Of a DNA stretch of 64,000 nt, positions 12,931-24,657 are shown piece after piece. Below the pieces are notes generated by a model, which was not told the DNA's origin, ran no database searches, and worked only from the letters and a program-made list of their open reading frames with translations. Source of the DNA: Moniliella sp. 'wahieum' (Eukaryota); contig RSEE01000004.1 of NCBI GenBank assembly GCA_003971905.1, positions 1,178,001 through 1,242,000 on the forward strand, written 5' to 3'. Numbering within the stretch: position 1 is the first letter of the stretch; each line of letters begins with the position of its first letter. A program made the translations under genes and the position numbers.

Positions 12931-14631
12931 CCATGTCCTCAACTTGTTTGGCTATTGTCGGGACGATAACTGAGAAACCTGTGGCGGTATCGATCGTGTT
13001 GGCATGCTAGCTGTCCTGCGAGAGATATACAGATGTGTGGGGAGACAGTGACGATGATACATCATGCGATGATGAACCAAATGGATCAGATCAGACATCG
13101 TGCGCATCATATGCAGCACACTGTGCACATCATCTATCTGACGACCAGGGTCTCCTTGCTTCTCTGTGATGTCCTTCTGGAAAAAGAACAATGCCGGTGA
13201 CACAGCTGGCACTCTGGTACCGAATATACATGCGCACTGCAGGTCCCCACCAACATCATGCATTATCGACATTATCCCTGTTACATGTTATACACCCGCA
13301 TCTCGCATCTTGTTCTTCATAATATACACACCACAGGATATGGGTTCTTTTCGCATACCACCATTACTCTTATACTGTTCTTTGTGTGTGCTTTGACTGT
13401 GCGTCGAGCTTTACGAGCTTGGTTGGCGTTTTGTGGTTTTTATATAGGAAACTGCGGAGCGCTGCTGAAGAGGCTCAGAGCAAAGTGGACATATACTGCA
13501 TGAACTATACCGCCATGACGTATTCTCCATATACCATTGGCATCTCTCTCATCGCTGTGTGCAGATCAAGTGTGCTCTCTCGAGCGTCACATAATGGTAC
13601 GCTTTCCGCTTTTCACAACCGAAGAGGAAGAGATGTGGCATTACGCGTGACAAGAGTGTCGAGGGAGTGACTATAGCCTGATGTTGCCCTACTATCATCC
13701 GACCTCACACTTTTGATGTCTGTGGTTGTTGCTCAGATAATTCTTCTCTATCGAGGGAGTGACGGCGGGAGGGTTGTTAGCATCTTATATGTTCGCCGAC
13801 TGTGAAATAAAAAGAGATATGTGCGTTATCTGGCCCACATACAGTTACCAACAGTCTAAAGATGTATTGAGAATGGTACCCACGGATATGTGGGTTGACT
13901 CTTTCGTCGCCTCCATTATCATGCACACTAACCGGACTCGCAATCGTCTACTGGAAGAAGATATTAATGTATTGATCGAAAAAGCCGTATTCTCTTCTAT
14001 ACTCTTTCATCAGTAGTATATATTCAACCTCTTCTAACATTTTCGTGACTGTATACCCAACAGTGTATATCCAATTTGACTTTGACGCGTGTGGCGCGTG
14101 GGTCGAGCCATCAGGAGTAAGCTCGCTCAGCGCCGCTCATTACCAGGATCCGGCCTATATGTTCAGGTATAACTTGTGGTGAAAAAGGTAAACATCATAA
14201 TGACTTACCAAAACATACATATATGATCCGCGTTAACCATAATGAATGACGAGACCCACTGTGGCATGATGAGCGGTCCGTATACGTGCATCAGGATACG
14301 TGTAGGGCGGAGGAGAGGAAGCAGATGGATTGATCTTACCGTGGCGATGGAAGTCAGCAGACATCCACGCGGAGACATTTGAACAACTTCAAGCTCTTCC
14401 AACTTCAAGCTTCACTAGCTTCAACCTTCAAAAAAGCCGGCTACAGGTCACACGGGGGACGGGGGACGAGGGACCGGTGACCGGTGACCTCACCAGTCAC
14501 CGGGTCACCGCAGCTCCCAGAATTCCGTCCTCCATTCCGCTCCGCCCCGCTTGCCTTTACCTGGTGAGCTCACCGTGGCCTATGCTCCACCTGGGCTTGA
14601 GGTGGCCGTTGGGCATTAGCAAGCGACGATC

Positions 14632-15880
14632 ATGGTGTATGGTACTCGCCAACGAGACCGCACACGTGCGTTCCAGCACGCGGTAGCTGCCTCTCGGGGC
14701 GCAACCGTGGACCGCAAGGGCGCTCGGCATGCGTTGCTGGATGACTGGGCGCCCCAGGGCGCGCGGCCTCTGGCTTCCGCCCGGCCTAAGAAGAAAAGCA
14801 CCCTGTTTGCCCAGCATGCAGAGCACGTTGCTGCGGACCTTGGTGCGACGGGGCAGAAGCTGGATCATCTGGGAATGGGTGCGTATACGTTGTGTCAATT
14901 TTGTGGTTTTGCTGCCTGGCTAACCCATTCTTGGTGGTTGGCCGCGACGGAAAGTGATCCAGCAGGACCGGCCTGTCGAGGTATCGCAACTGACGATGGT
15001 GGTCAAGTCGGACCTGGCTGCGATCAATGCGGCGGTGAGCAAGTTGTCCTCTGTATCAGAGAAGAAAGGGATGCAATCCGAGCACGAAGCGAACGTGGTT
15101 GCCTTACTCCAAGCATCCTTGGCTAGCTTGACCGGCCGGTTGCAAGAGTTGCTCGAGAGGCGAACGCAGATGCTCAAGGTCGCTCATAGCATCTCTTCCA
15201 ATGGTGCGTCAACCGCTCTGTTCCTCCTGCTTTGTGGATCTAAGCTGAACTTCCCCAGTGCTTCGTTCCAGGAAACCCAGCATGGCTGCTGCTGCTGCCA
15301 GGCACCGGCAAATGCCCGGGTACGACCTCGGTCCATCGCATCGGCCATGGGAAGGGGCAGAGGCAGCGGAAGAGCCAAGTAGTTCCTCCGCAGAGGGCTA
15401 CCTGGCGCTTGATATGGGTGCATCAAGGGGATCTCAGATGCAAGTATTGGAAGAAGGTATGTACCATTCTATCGTGCCGTGTCGAGGCTGAAGCTGATGT
15501 GACCATGGCCAGGACGAACATCTTCAACAACGATCCACTGCCATCGAAAGCATAGAGGCGACGATCAGCGAGCTGGGCCAAATGTTTGGTCAATTGGCTC
15601 ATATGGTTGCAGCGCAGCACGAGACAGTGCAGCGAATCGATGCGGACGTGCTCCAAGTGGGGGAGAATGTATCGGCAGCGCAAAACGAACTGCTACGGTT
15701 CTATGCCAATGTACGGTCCAACCGGGGGATGATGCTCAAGATCTTTGCGGTATGCTTTGTCCCCAACCAGCTTGCTCCTTTTGTGAGGCAGGCACGTGTA
15801 ATCCAGCATTAACTGACTTTTTTCGTTTTCTGGTACAGATTCTAATTGCCTTCTTTTTCTTGTTCGTCCTTGTCTCCTAG
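14632..15880 (+). CDS. SED5: Golgi t-SNARE Sed5 / syntaxin-5
   Basis: N-terminal RDRT..F Sly1-binding motif; DRPVEVSQLTMVVKSDL; SNARE segment (IEATISELGQ)MFGQLAHMVAAQHETVQRIDADV; NRGMMLKIFA plus C-terminal TM; GT-AG introns. Confidence 0.9.
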
Positions 15881-16933
15881 CAACGCACTCGCTAGGCATA
15901 TATACCATGAGGCAACGATTGCAATGGGCGGTTAGGTGCACCAATCCTGGACTTTTACACTGTCTCTCTTGTAGTTCCTAGGAAGTCTTTTCGTTTGTTT
16001 CCGGCCCTGCCTTCCCGCGGCGGCGCCATATCCGCTGGAGGGACGACAGAGGTAGACAGATGATACGCTCGATTGCATGAGAGGAGTTGGTATAAATACA
16101 GCCGCTTTACAGCGGTAATAGATGCCGGCAAGAATATATACCTGTTATCAAAACACAAGGGGAGCGCAAAGGAATAATCATGTCAAAGTCAATCCGCTAT
16201 GCTTGGCGATGGACGGCTCAACTAGAGTCGAATTGTTAAGGGCGAGGTGGTGGGGTCCCAACTCGTTGATTTCGCACCGGTAGCCGCCGAGTATTCAACC
16301 TTCAACCAAAGAAACCCGTACAGTCGGCCGCCACGTTCCTCCCATTTCTGATTCCGGCATTATATTGGGCTCCTAGCCAAGTCAGCTTCCCTTGCCACTG
16401 TTTCTCCCCCGGGCCCTTTACTTCCAATCCTATCGATACTTGAATGTGTTCGATCCAGATACGACGCGTCCTGAAGGTGCAACATTCAGAAAGGAAGGGT
16501 AATGGCAATGACAAAGCGGCAGGACCAAGGCGATTCACAAGCCTACGTACCTAAGGTGGATGGGAACTGCAGCAGGGTCATCGACTTAAGACTGCAACTC
16601 TATCTCTGCCCCCTAACCCATCCGGGCATACATCCTTGGGAGTGTCCCCGGGCGCAGAGACGGGGAAGGAAGACGGCGCGTAGAGGGATGTATTTGGAGT
16701 TATCGCGTATGAAAGTAGCACAGTAGAGGAGACGGCACATCGGGGAGCAAGACAGCACAGAACAAAAGAACAGGGGCAGGCGGTATACAGGACATGGACA
16801 GTTCAACGGTTTCGGACGGATGAGGGAGGTTGGGAGGTAAGGAAATGTTCCTGCACGGCAGCAAAGTGGATCCAGACAAAAGGCATGGGGGTAACGAAAA
16901 GAAGAGCCCATGCAACGGCGCACGTTCGACACA

Positions 16934-19195
16934 TTAAGCAATGCCAGCAGCAATGCATGATTCACGAATCGCCCGCAGCCGCTCGGCGACTTGTTGGGCC
17001 GTAGGCCGTAAGGATGGGTCGACAAACACCATAGACCGGACCAGGTCGCGGGCGCTATCAGGTAAACGGCCTCCACCCGGAAGAAGCAGCGCGGGCATTC
17101 CGTCCTGGTACGATGGTCCCGCCTCGGTCTCCTCGGGCGCAATGAACTCAGTCTCAGCATCCGCCTCGATCCCCATGTCCATCTCGCACGGCTCGCGTAG
17201 TGAGGCATCTGCTCCAGCAAGCGCAGTCAGGGGGTCCAGCTCGGGCGAGAGCGGGGAAAGTGGGGTGCGCAGAGCTCGTCTGGGAAGTTGCGTGTTGATC
17301 GATAGAGCACCTGATTTCCTGGAGTGCCCTGGCGGGCCTCGCATTGACACAGCTCTTCCCGGCACACTGCCTACGAGCCTTGGGGGCAAACCCGCAGGCT
17401 CAGGGGGAGGGGAGGGGAAGAGGGAGCAAGAAGAGTTTTGACCGCCTCGACGGGGGGAATACGGCCTTGCGTGACGGTCATTTGTTCTAGCCCTAGTTCC
17501 GGACGTCGGTGAGAGTGGGAACGAGAGATGGTCCTTGGCGTGTGGGGCGAGACCAACGATCGGGCTGAGCCAGCCAGGGAAGCAGTAGTAGTGCCCGATC
17601 GAGAAACAGAGCTGCGTTCCAGTTCACGTAGACCTTGGACCAAAGCCAGGCGACGGGCACGGTCGGATTCCTCTGTCTGCCAAAAATGGGGCTTGCGGTG
17701 CAGGAGATCAACCATGGACGTGGCCCGTTCGTACGGTGCGTGGCCTGAAGCCAACGAGTAAAGCACCACCCCCATCGCCCAAACATCCGCGGGGAATCCA
17801 AACCCAAAGCCGTCTTGGGACGACGTTAATTCGGGCGCGGAGAAAGCTGGGGTGCCCAGGCCGGCACCGTCGGTGGGCAAATTGGAGGGGTCGATCCACA
17901 GGGTCGAATTAAAGTCACATAGTTTGAGGTGCCGATCCATCGTCAACAGACAGTTGTCTAACTTGATATCAGCATGGATCGCGCCACGACTGTGCATATA
18001 TTCGACAGCCTCGGCCAGCTCAATCCCCCAGTCCAGCCACTGACGCAAGTCCACTGCGGTGGGGTGGGCAGAGACGTAAGTACCCAGCGAATGGGGGAGA
18101 AGTTCCAACAAGATCAGCAGCCGGGGTGGATCGAGTGGCCCTTCCTTGGCGGGAAGTAAGGGAGGCGCCTTTCGGTGGCGCTGAAAGAGATGGATTGTGC
18201 ACAACTGTGCTGGGTGTTGTGGGCATTTCGTCGACGATATCAATCAGTTGGACAATACCGGGATGTTTTCCCAGTCGACGAAGGGCATACGCCTCATCCA
18301 GTCCGACCAATTGCGACGCAGTATCCGCATGCAGTCGTTTGACTGCGCACAAGGTCCACTCTGCCTCCAGCCGGCGGTACGAGCCAAGGTCATCGCAGTA
18401 CCGTCCCTCGGCGAGGAAGTAGGTGGGCGTAGGGCAAAGGCGATATTGGACTGGATCGAGACGTTTCCTCCGCCTCCGTGAGCGAGAGTGACGCAGGGAT
18501 TCGGGCGTGTGCGGGGGGGCAGGTGTGGCAGGTGAGGCAAATTGCTGAGGGGATATTAGCGCAGGTGGCGAATAAGGTCCGGACGGCTGTTCTTCCTCCA
18601 TGTCTGTCTCGGGCGTGGTTTCGGACAGGTCTGTATCAATGTACACCTCATCCTCTGCGTTGGCTGCCGCGCCCGGCGGCGCAGCACCGGTCCCCGCCTG
18701 GTCACGGAGACGGATGCGGCATGCTCACGAGCACGCTGGGCCTCAGTGCGGCGGCCAGTGGATGGCTTCGCGTATGTTTGGTATCGAGGACAGGGCGAGG
18801 AGGTGGCAGCCGAGGCCAAGGGGCAAGTCGTATATGCTGTTGCCACCGGGCGACGGGGCGGGGCGGGGTGACAGGGCTCGAGGGCGGAAGGGACGAGGGC
18901 AAGAGGGGGCTGGAGGCGCCGCTGGAGGCGGACGGAGGGGGCGGGGGCGCTGCGGCAGGCGGGGTGTGGACAGCAAAGGGCGCAGAGGATCGCTGACGAT
19001 GCGAGCGTGGCTGGGGGCCGGGGGAAGAGCATACGGGGTGCTGGCTAGCGGAGAGCCAGGACGAGGGGCGGCGCGACGGATGCGGGGTGGGAGAGGGGCC
19101 GGCGGGGCGGGGCCGCCGGTGGGGCGGGCACTGAAGATGTCGTTGCGGCTGCCCGCCGAGGAGGAGGCGCGGTGGCTGCTGCTCGCGGGCACCAT
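16934..19195 (-). CDS. Ser/Thr protein kinase, atypical (HAD, DFN), with Pro/Ser-rich N-terminus
   Basis: FLAEGRY, CAVKRL, HPGIVQL, IHADIKLDNCLL, LKLCDFNS, GLGTPAFSAPE, DVWAMGV, DPSLRPTA. Start uncertain. Confidence 0.8.
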
Positions 19196-20436
19196 GAGGA
19201 GTGGGGGCGGGAGTGGGGGCGCGGGGGGTGGGGGAGGCGGCAAGCGCGTTGGTACGCTGAGCGCTCAGGCTGAGCCGCCGCAAGAGAGACGCTGCCAGAG
19301 GAGGAGTTCGAACCGAAACAGAAAGAAAAAGATCCCAATCTGGAAAGCGGTGGCTGCGTGGGTCTGCCCCATCGACTATCCGATGCCCCCGGCCTTGCAT
19401 TCGGCATTCTGTCCAGCGGCCCTTCCGCCGCTTGTGCGCTGGGCCGTTCGACGGGGCGGCTTGGGGGCGGCTGCCTGCATGCGCCTGCCCCGTGCCCACC
19501 CATGCGCACAGGTATGACGCATCGGCATGGATGGCACGTGACTCACAGTCACCGCTCCATGTCGCATCTCACCTGTGGTGACGGCCCGGCCCGCCGGAAG
19601 CTCAAGCTGAGTAACTAGTAAACAGGCGTGCCGCCTACCTCGGGCCCGGGGGTTCTATACCCAGTCCTGACCTCAGCCGCCGCTGCGGCTCAGCTTAGCC
19701 TCAGCACAGAGGCTCGGTCGGACTGGCTCAGCGCGCTCAGCTGAGCTCAGCTCAGCCCGGACAGTGGAGTGAGCCAGGGCAGACAGGGCGCCGGGGTAGC
19801 CAGCAGCCTCAAGTCGATAGCCCTGGCTGGGTAGCCTGGCCCGGTCGTGGCCGTGGCCGTGGCCCCGCAGGCCTAGCACTGGCCTAGCCTGTAGCTCGCT
19901 GCCACGCAGGGCCACTCGCTCTCGATCACAGATATCGAGACCTCAGGTAGCCAGCCCCGGTAGCCGATAGTGGCCATCCAATGCAAGGCATTTGCTGCAT
20001 AGCGCTTCGGGGCGGGCACGTGGCACGGGGTGGGACCCCCACTGCGGAATCATTAATCAGGTGTAGTGCCCTCGTCACCGGTCACCCGCATGCACCTCTT
20101 TATCGTGATGGCGACCCGGGCTAGGAGCTACTAAGAAGGCTCCTTGGTGTTGTCCTGGATTGCCTGGAGTTGGCTTGTGTGTTCAATCCATGGCGGGAGT
20201 GCTGTTTTGTCGATATCGATCACGGATGATCGAGTATCGATCTATCCCGCAACTATCGTGTGTCACACGATCCATGGCCGGTTACGGTGAGTCTCACCGC
20301 TGAGCTGGAGCCAGGCAGCGGAATGGGCGGTGCGGGCAGCACTGCTTTCGTGCTGCCGCAAGGGCGGGCGGAACGAGTCAGGGGCGAGGCTGCCCGAGGC
20401 GGCGGCGCCCCTCTCGCGCCCAGCCCCACCAGCACC

Positions 20437-21937
20437 ATGGGCCAGACCTTGTCCGAGCCTTCGGTGGAGAAGCATACCTCGCACGATGAGGACGACACGC
20501 TGCTCTATGCATGCTCGGAGATGCAAGGGTGGCGTCTGAGTAGGTTCTTGTTTCTGCGCGTGCTGGGGCCATGGAGGCAAGCGAAGCTGACGCAACGCAG
20601 GCATGGAGGACGCCCACGCGACCATCCTAATCTCGATGGCAACACGGGCGCCGAAAGGCAAGCTTTTTTGCCGTGTACGACGGGCACGGCGGCGCCGCTG
20701 TGGCCGAGTTTAGTGGAAAGACGGTGCACAAGACGTTGGTGGCTACCCAAGCGTACCGCGACCGAGACTACCCTGCGGCACTCAAGCGGGCGTTTCTGCA
20801 GACGGACGAGCAACTGCGGGCGTCGCCGCAGTACGCTTCCGACCCGTCCGGGTGCACCGCGGTAGCTGCGCTGTTGGTAAAGACACCCAAGACCGATGCC
20901 GAAAAGGCGAGTGAACCGCCGATGGCTGGCAAGCCGGCTCAGGTGGCACGTAGGCTGTATGTGGCCAACGCGGGGGATTCGCGAAGTGTGCTGTCGGTCC
21001 AGGGCGAGGCCAAGCCCATGTCCTACGATCACAAGCCAGGGAACCCAGGCGAGAATGCGCGGATTGTTGCGGCGGGTGGGTTTGTCGAGTATGGAAGGGT
21101 GAATGGGAACTTGGCTCTGTCGCGCGCACTCGGCGACTTTGAGTTCAAACAGAACCCCGACCTGCCTCCTGAACGGCAGATTGTGACTGCTGACCCGGAG
21201 ATTGAGCAACACGACATGAGGGGGAAGAAGAATTTCTGGTTTTGGCCTGTGATGGTTTGGGACTGTCTTTCCAACCAACAAGTCGTTGATTTTATCCGCC
21301 GTGGCCTCGCCGAGGGCAAGGAACCCCAAGCACTCTGCGAGGAGATTATGGACAAATGCTTGGCCCCGGCCGCGGATGTGGGTAGCATCGGATGTGACAA
21401 CATGACAATTGTCATTGTTGCGATCCTGGGGGGCCGCACCAAGGAGGAATATTATGCCTGGATCAAGGAACGGGTCGACAAGAAAGTGGGCTGGGATACG
21501 CCCATGACGATCCCCGAGATTTTCCGTTCACGTGGTGGAACGGGTCTCGGTCCTGAGGGTGCTGTGGACGATGACGAAGACGACGAGGATGACGAAGACG
21601 ACGGGCATGGTGCGGGTGGCGTGCGCCTTAGCCTGGGGGTGCAGGCCGAGGAATGCCGCTCCCTTTTTTTCGGCCATGGGCGGGGTCGGGGGAGATGGGC
21701 AGGGACAGGGATCGCGGGTATCGGATGCGTCGGCCCAAGCGTCCACCGGGCCTGGACTGGCGTTGCGCTCAGATCATCCGAACATACGGACCACGACCAA
21801 CGAGAAGGGGCACAGGTGGTCGAACTAGACGAACCGATGGATGCGCAGGCCCAGACGGAGCCCACGCCAGCCGGAGGTGAGACCCCGCAATTGGTCACCT
21901 CGCCCACCAGCCTCGAGACTCCGATAAGCCCAAGTAG
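20437..21937 (+). CDS. PTC2: Protein phosphatase 2C, Ptc2/Ptc3-type
   Basis: MGQTLSEP, MQGWR, YDGHGG, SGCTA, VANAGDSR, DHKP, RVNGNLALSRALGD, GCDNMT. 3' end approximate because of frameshifts. Confidence 0.9.
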
Positions 21938-22229
21938 CCTACATGCTACTTACGTTCGTCCACCTTCCGTTGATCCTCGTAGCAGAGGGCGTCAGAAGCA
22001 AACAAGGGGAGGGAGGGGATTGGCGTGCACAAGGGCTGCGTGCCTGCCTTGCCTACCTGTTCTTGCATCGTGCTTTGTTTATAAATGCCGCAGGTGGGTG
22101 GACCTGGCGTTTCCTGCTGTTGCCGTTGGATTGTCCGATCTAAGACATTATGTATCGAGTGTGCACGCGACGGGATCGATAGATTGGGTAGCACATCTGC
22201 ATCCTTTACACACATCTTCACATCTCGGA

Positions 22230-22908
22230 TTAAGCAGGCGTCACATCGGCGCCTTTGGAAGCAAAGTATTCGTCGAGCAGGGCAAAGAACTGGGCCTTGT
22301 CCGACTGGGTAACTCACTAAACTTGACAGCATCCTCTCCTCCGCTCACGTTCGGGCCATAGGGTGGCGGAGGGTGGTCGATGCCCGCTTCGTTGTTCATC
22401 CGCAAAGGCAGACGCGGTTTGCCTGCGGGTAGGACTGGTGCAGCGGCTGCAGAGCGCGCCGGGGGCGGAGGAGCAGCCGCGCCGGATCGAGCGGGAGGGG
22501 GAGGAGCTCCGCTCCGCGCTGGAGGAGGGGGCGCAGCGCCTCGTGGAGCGGCCGCGCCACCCCGAGGAGGAGGCGGAGGCCGGGTTTGTGGGCAGCGGGA
22601 GCGGGCAGCATGCCAGGAGGCAAGGGGGGAAGACGATGGGCGACACCTGCGCCACCGTTAGCGTAGTCTTCACCCAACTCCGCGTTGGGTCGAGCCGAGG
22701 CGCGCGTCTGCTCCCACCGCACATTCTCGCCCCGCGCCACGCGCATACGGTCCTTCAGCCCCAGACCGTGGCCACCCAGCTGCTGGTCGTTGTATTTTTT
22801 CCTCTAGAAAGACCGCGTTAGCAAAAAAAGTTAATCAGCGCAATGGGGAGACCAAGGACGCACAATCGAACCCTCTGCGTCATGAAACTTGGCCTTGATG
22901 CCCGACAT
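22230..22908 (-). CDS. Small Pro-rich hypothetical protein (one intron)
   Basis: ATG 22908 (MSGIKAKFHDAEGSI), GT...CTAAC...TAG intron about 22863-22804, Pro-rich middle, amphipathic C-terminus DKAQFFALLDEYFASKGADVTPA*. Confidence 0.5.
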
Positions 22909-23412
22909 GGTGGTGGTGGGCGCAGGCGGTGTTTCGCATGCAGTGCTTGGCAAGCGGAGGGGCTTGGCGTTTTTGCAAGGAACTGCGCACATTAGGTAAG
23001 CAACGCAGCTGGGCCTCCAGTCTCCGGCCCGGTTCATGCATCATGCATCATGCATTCAGCCTGCGCTCCACGCCGATTTCCAAGTGGAGTAGCGTCAGCG
23101 CCCCGCCAACGCCCCGTTCGCCAGAGGTCTGTGGCACCCCTGCCCCACGAATCCAGCCAGGTATCAAATATCGGTTGACGGGCACGACCCAAAGCAGGCG
23201 ATGCCAAAGCAGAAGGGATATAGGGTACAAAGTAGAGTACAGGCCCGCCTCAACGAGAGGGTACGGACCAGAGGAGGGGCAGCGTATCGCCCGGCCCGTG
23301 GTGCAGTGGGAACGGCGGTAGCAAAAACGGATGGCAGGAAGCGGGAAGGAAGGGCGCTGAACGAGAGGGTTGGTCGGTGTCTATGCCCTGACACTGGACA
23401 CGAAGCGCGAAC

Positions 23413-23933
23413 CTAATAGTACCAATCTCGAGGAAGAGAAAGGCAGTGGACCGAGGATCGACGAGGTGCAGCCCGGCCGGGTGAAAGAGGTTGGTGTTGA
23501 CTTGGTCGAGATAGGCGTGGAGCCGGGCCATTTCGCGGGTATATGAGATCCCAATACGAGCGGCGCGAGGAAGAAGGTGGTCATCATGAGGACGTTGTCG
23601 AGCAACGCCCAGCCGCGAGCCTGGGCCGAAAGGAGGAGGACGGTGTTGATATCGTTGATCGTCTCACTAAACTCAACCGCGCGCAGTCGGCCTCGAGCTC
23701 GACCGGCATGTTGGGGTAGAACTGGGTTACTTCACCGATGCTGTAGTCTCGCTCGATCTGGGAGGAGGTGGGTCAGACTAAAGTTGCAACGGAAGGAACG
23801 CGAACGCACCGGACAATCTCGCGCGGCTGGTCCCGCGTCATGTCTCCGACGGGGCGGTGCCAAACGGCGCATCACTGGGAGGGGGTCCGAGCGAATAGGC
23901 GCTCACAGGCCGCAATGCGGGCACGTCGGTCAT
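23413..23933 (-). CDS. Erf4/Golgin-A7 family palmitoyltransferase accessory subunit
   Basis: QPREIVR, ETINDIN, LDNVL...FFLAPL, LDQVNTNLFHPAGLHLVDPRSTAFLFLEI(E)YY*; GT-AG introns. Confidence 0.75.
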
Positions 23934-24657
23934 GGCCAAGGACGGGCGGGAAGAAGGCACAGAGGAAAGCCGAGCAGGACGAGGGCAAAACCAATGTACC
24001 ATCCAGCCTCGGCCAGCCACAACCAGTGAGATCAGAGAGGCCAAGTGGGGCGCGCGCTGGCGGACCTATACCTCCCAATTCCGCTCGGGGGCATGTTCGG
24101 TTTCAACCGAACGATGAGTTCATCGATCATCATGCATCATACATGCATCATTGCATCATGCACCACGATACTCATGCATACTCATGTACTCGTCATGGCG
24201 AAGTGTTAATCCACGGAACGCTTCTCCACGTTTTTCCTCATGGTTCCGGGCCATGTATTGTACTAGGCCTGCCGTTGCAACAAGCATGGACAGACGTCTA
24301 CTATTTGGGTTAAATGGTTTGGATAAGTTGCAGAGCCGTCGCCGTCTGGGCTCTATGTGCAACACCAATAAAAGGCTCACACACAACACATATAAATCAG
24401 GGGAAGGAAAGTTAGGTTTTGGACACAGAGTGGATACCACGGCAGAGGTGCTTGGACGAAACTGTAGGCGGTCAGGGAAGATGGGGGAGTAGGGGCGGAA
24501 GGGGGACAGAGCAGGGCGAAGAAAGAGCGAATTGAAAGAGCGATTGAAGAGCGAATGAAGGAGCAAGCGTGGCCCGGCCTTTACCTTTTGGTAAGGAGTT
24601 ATGAAAACGAGCACATGAGAGAGCCCTACACAGTCCGTTTTGGCCGCGAGAACGAGC

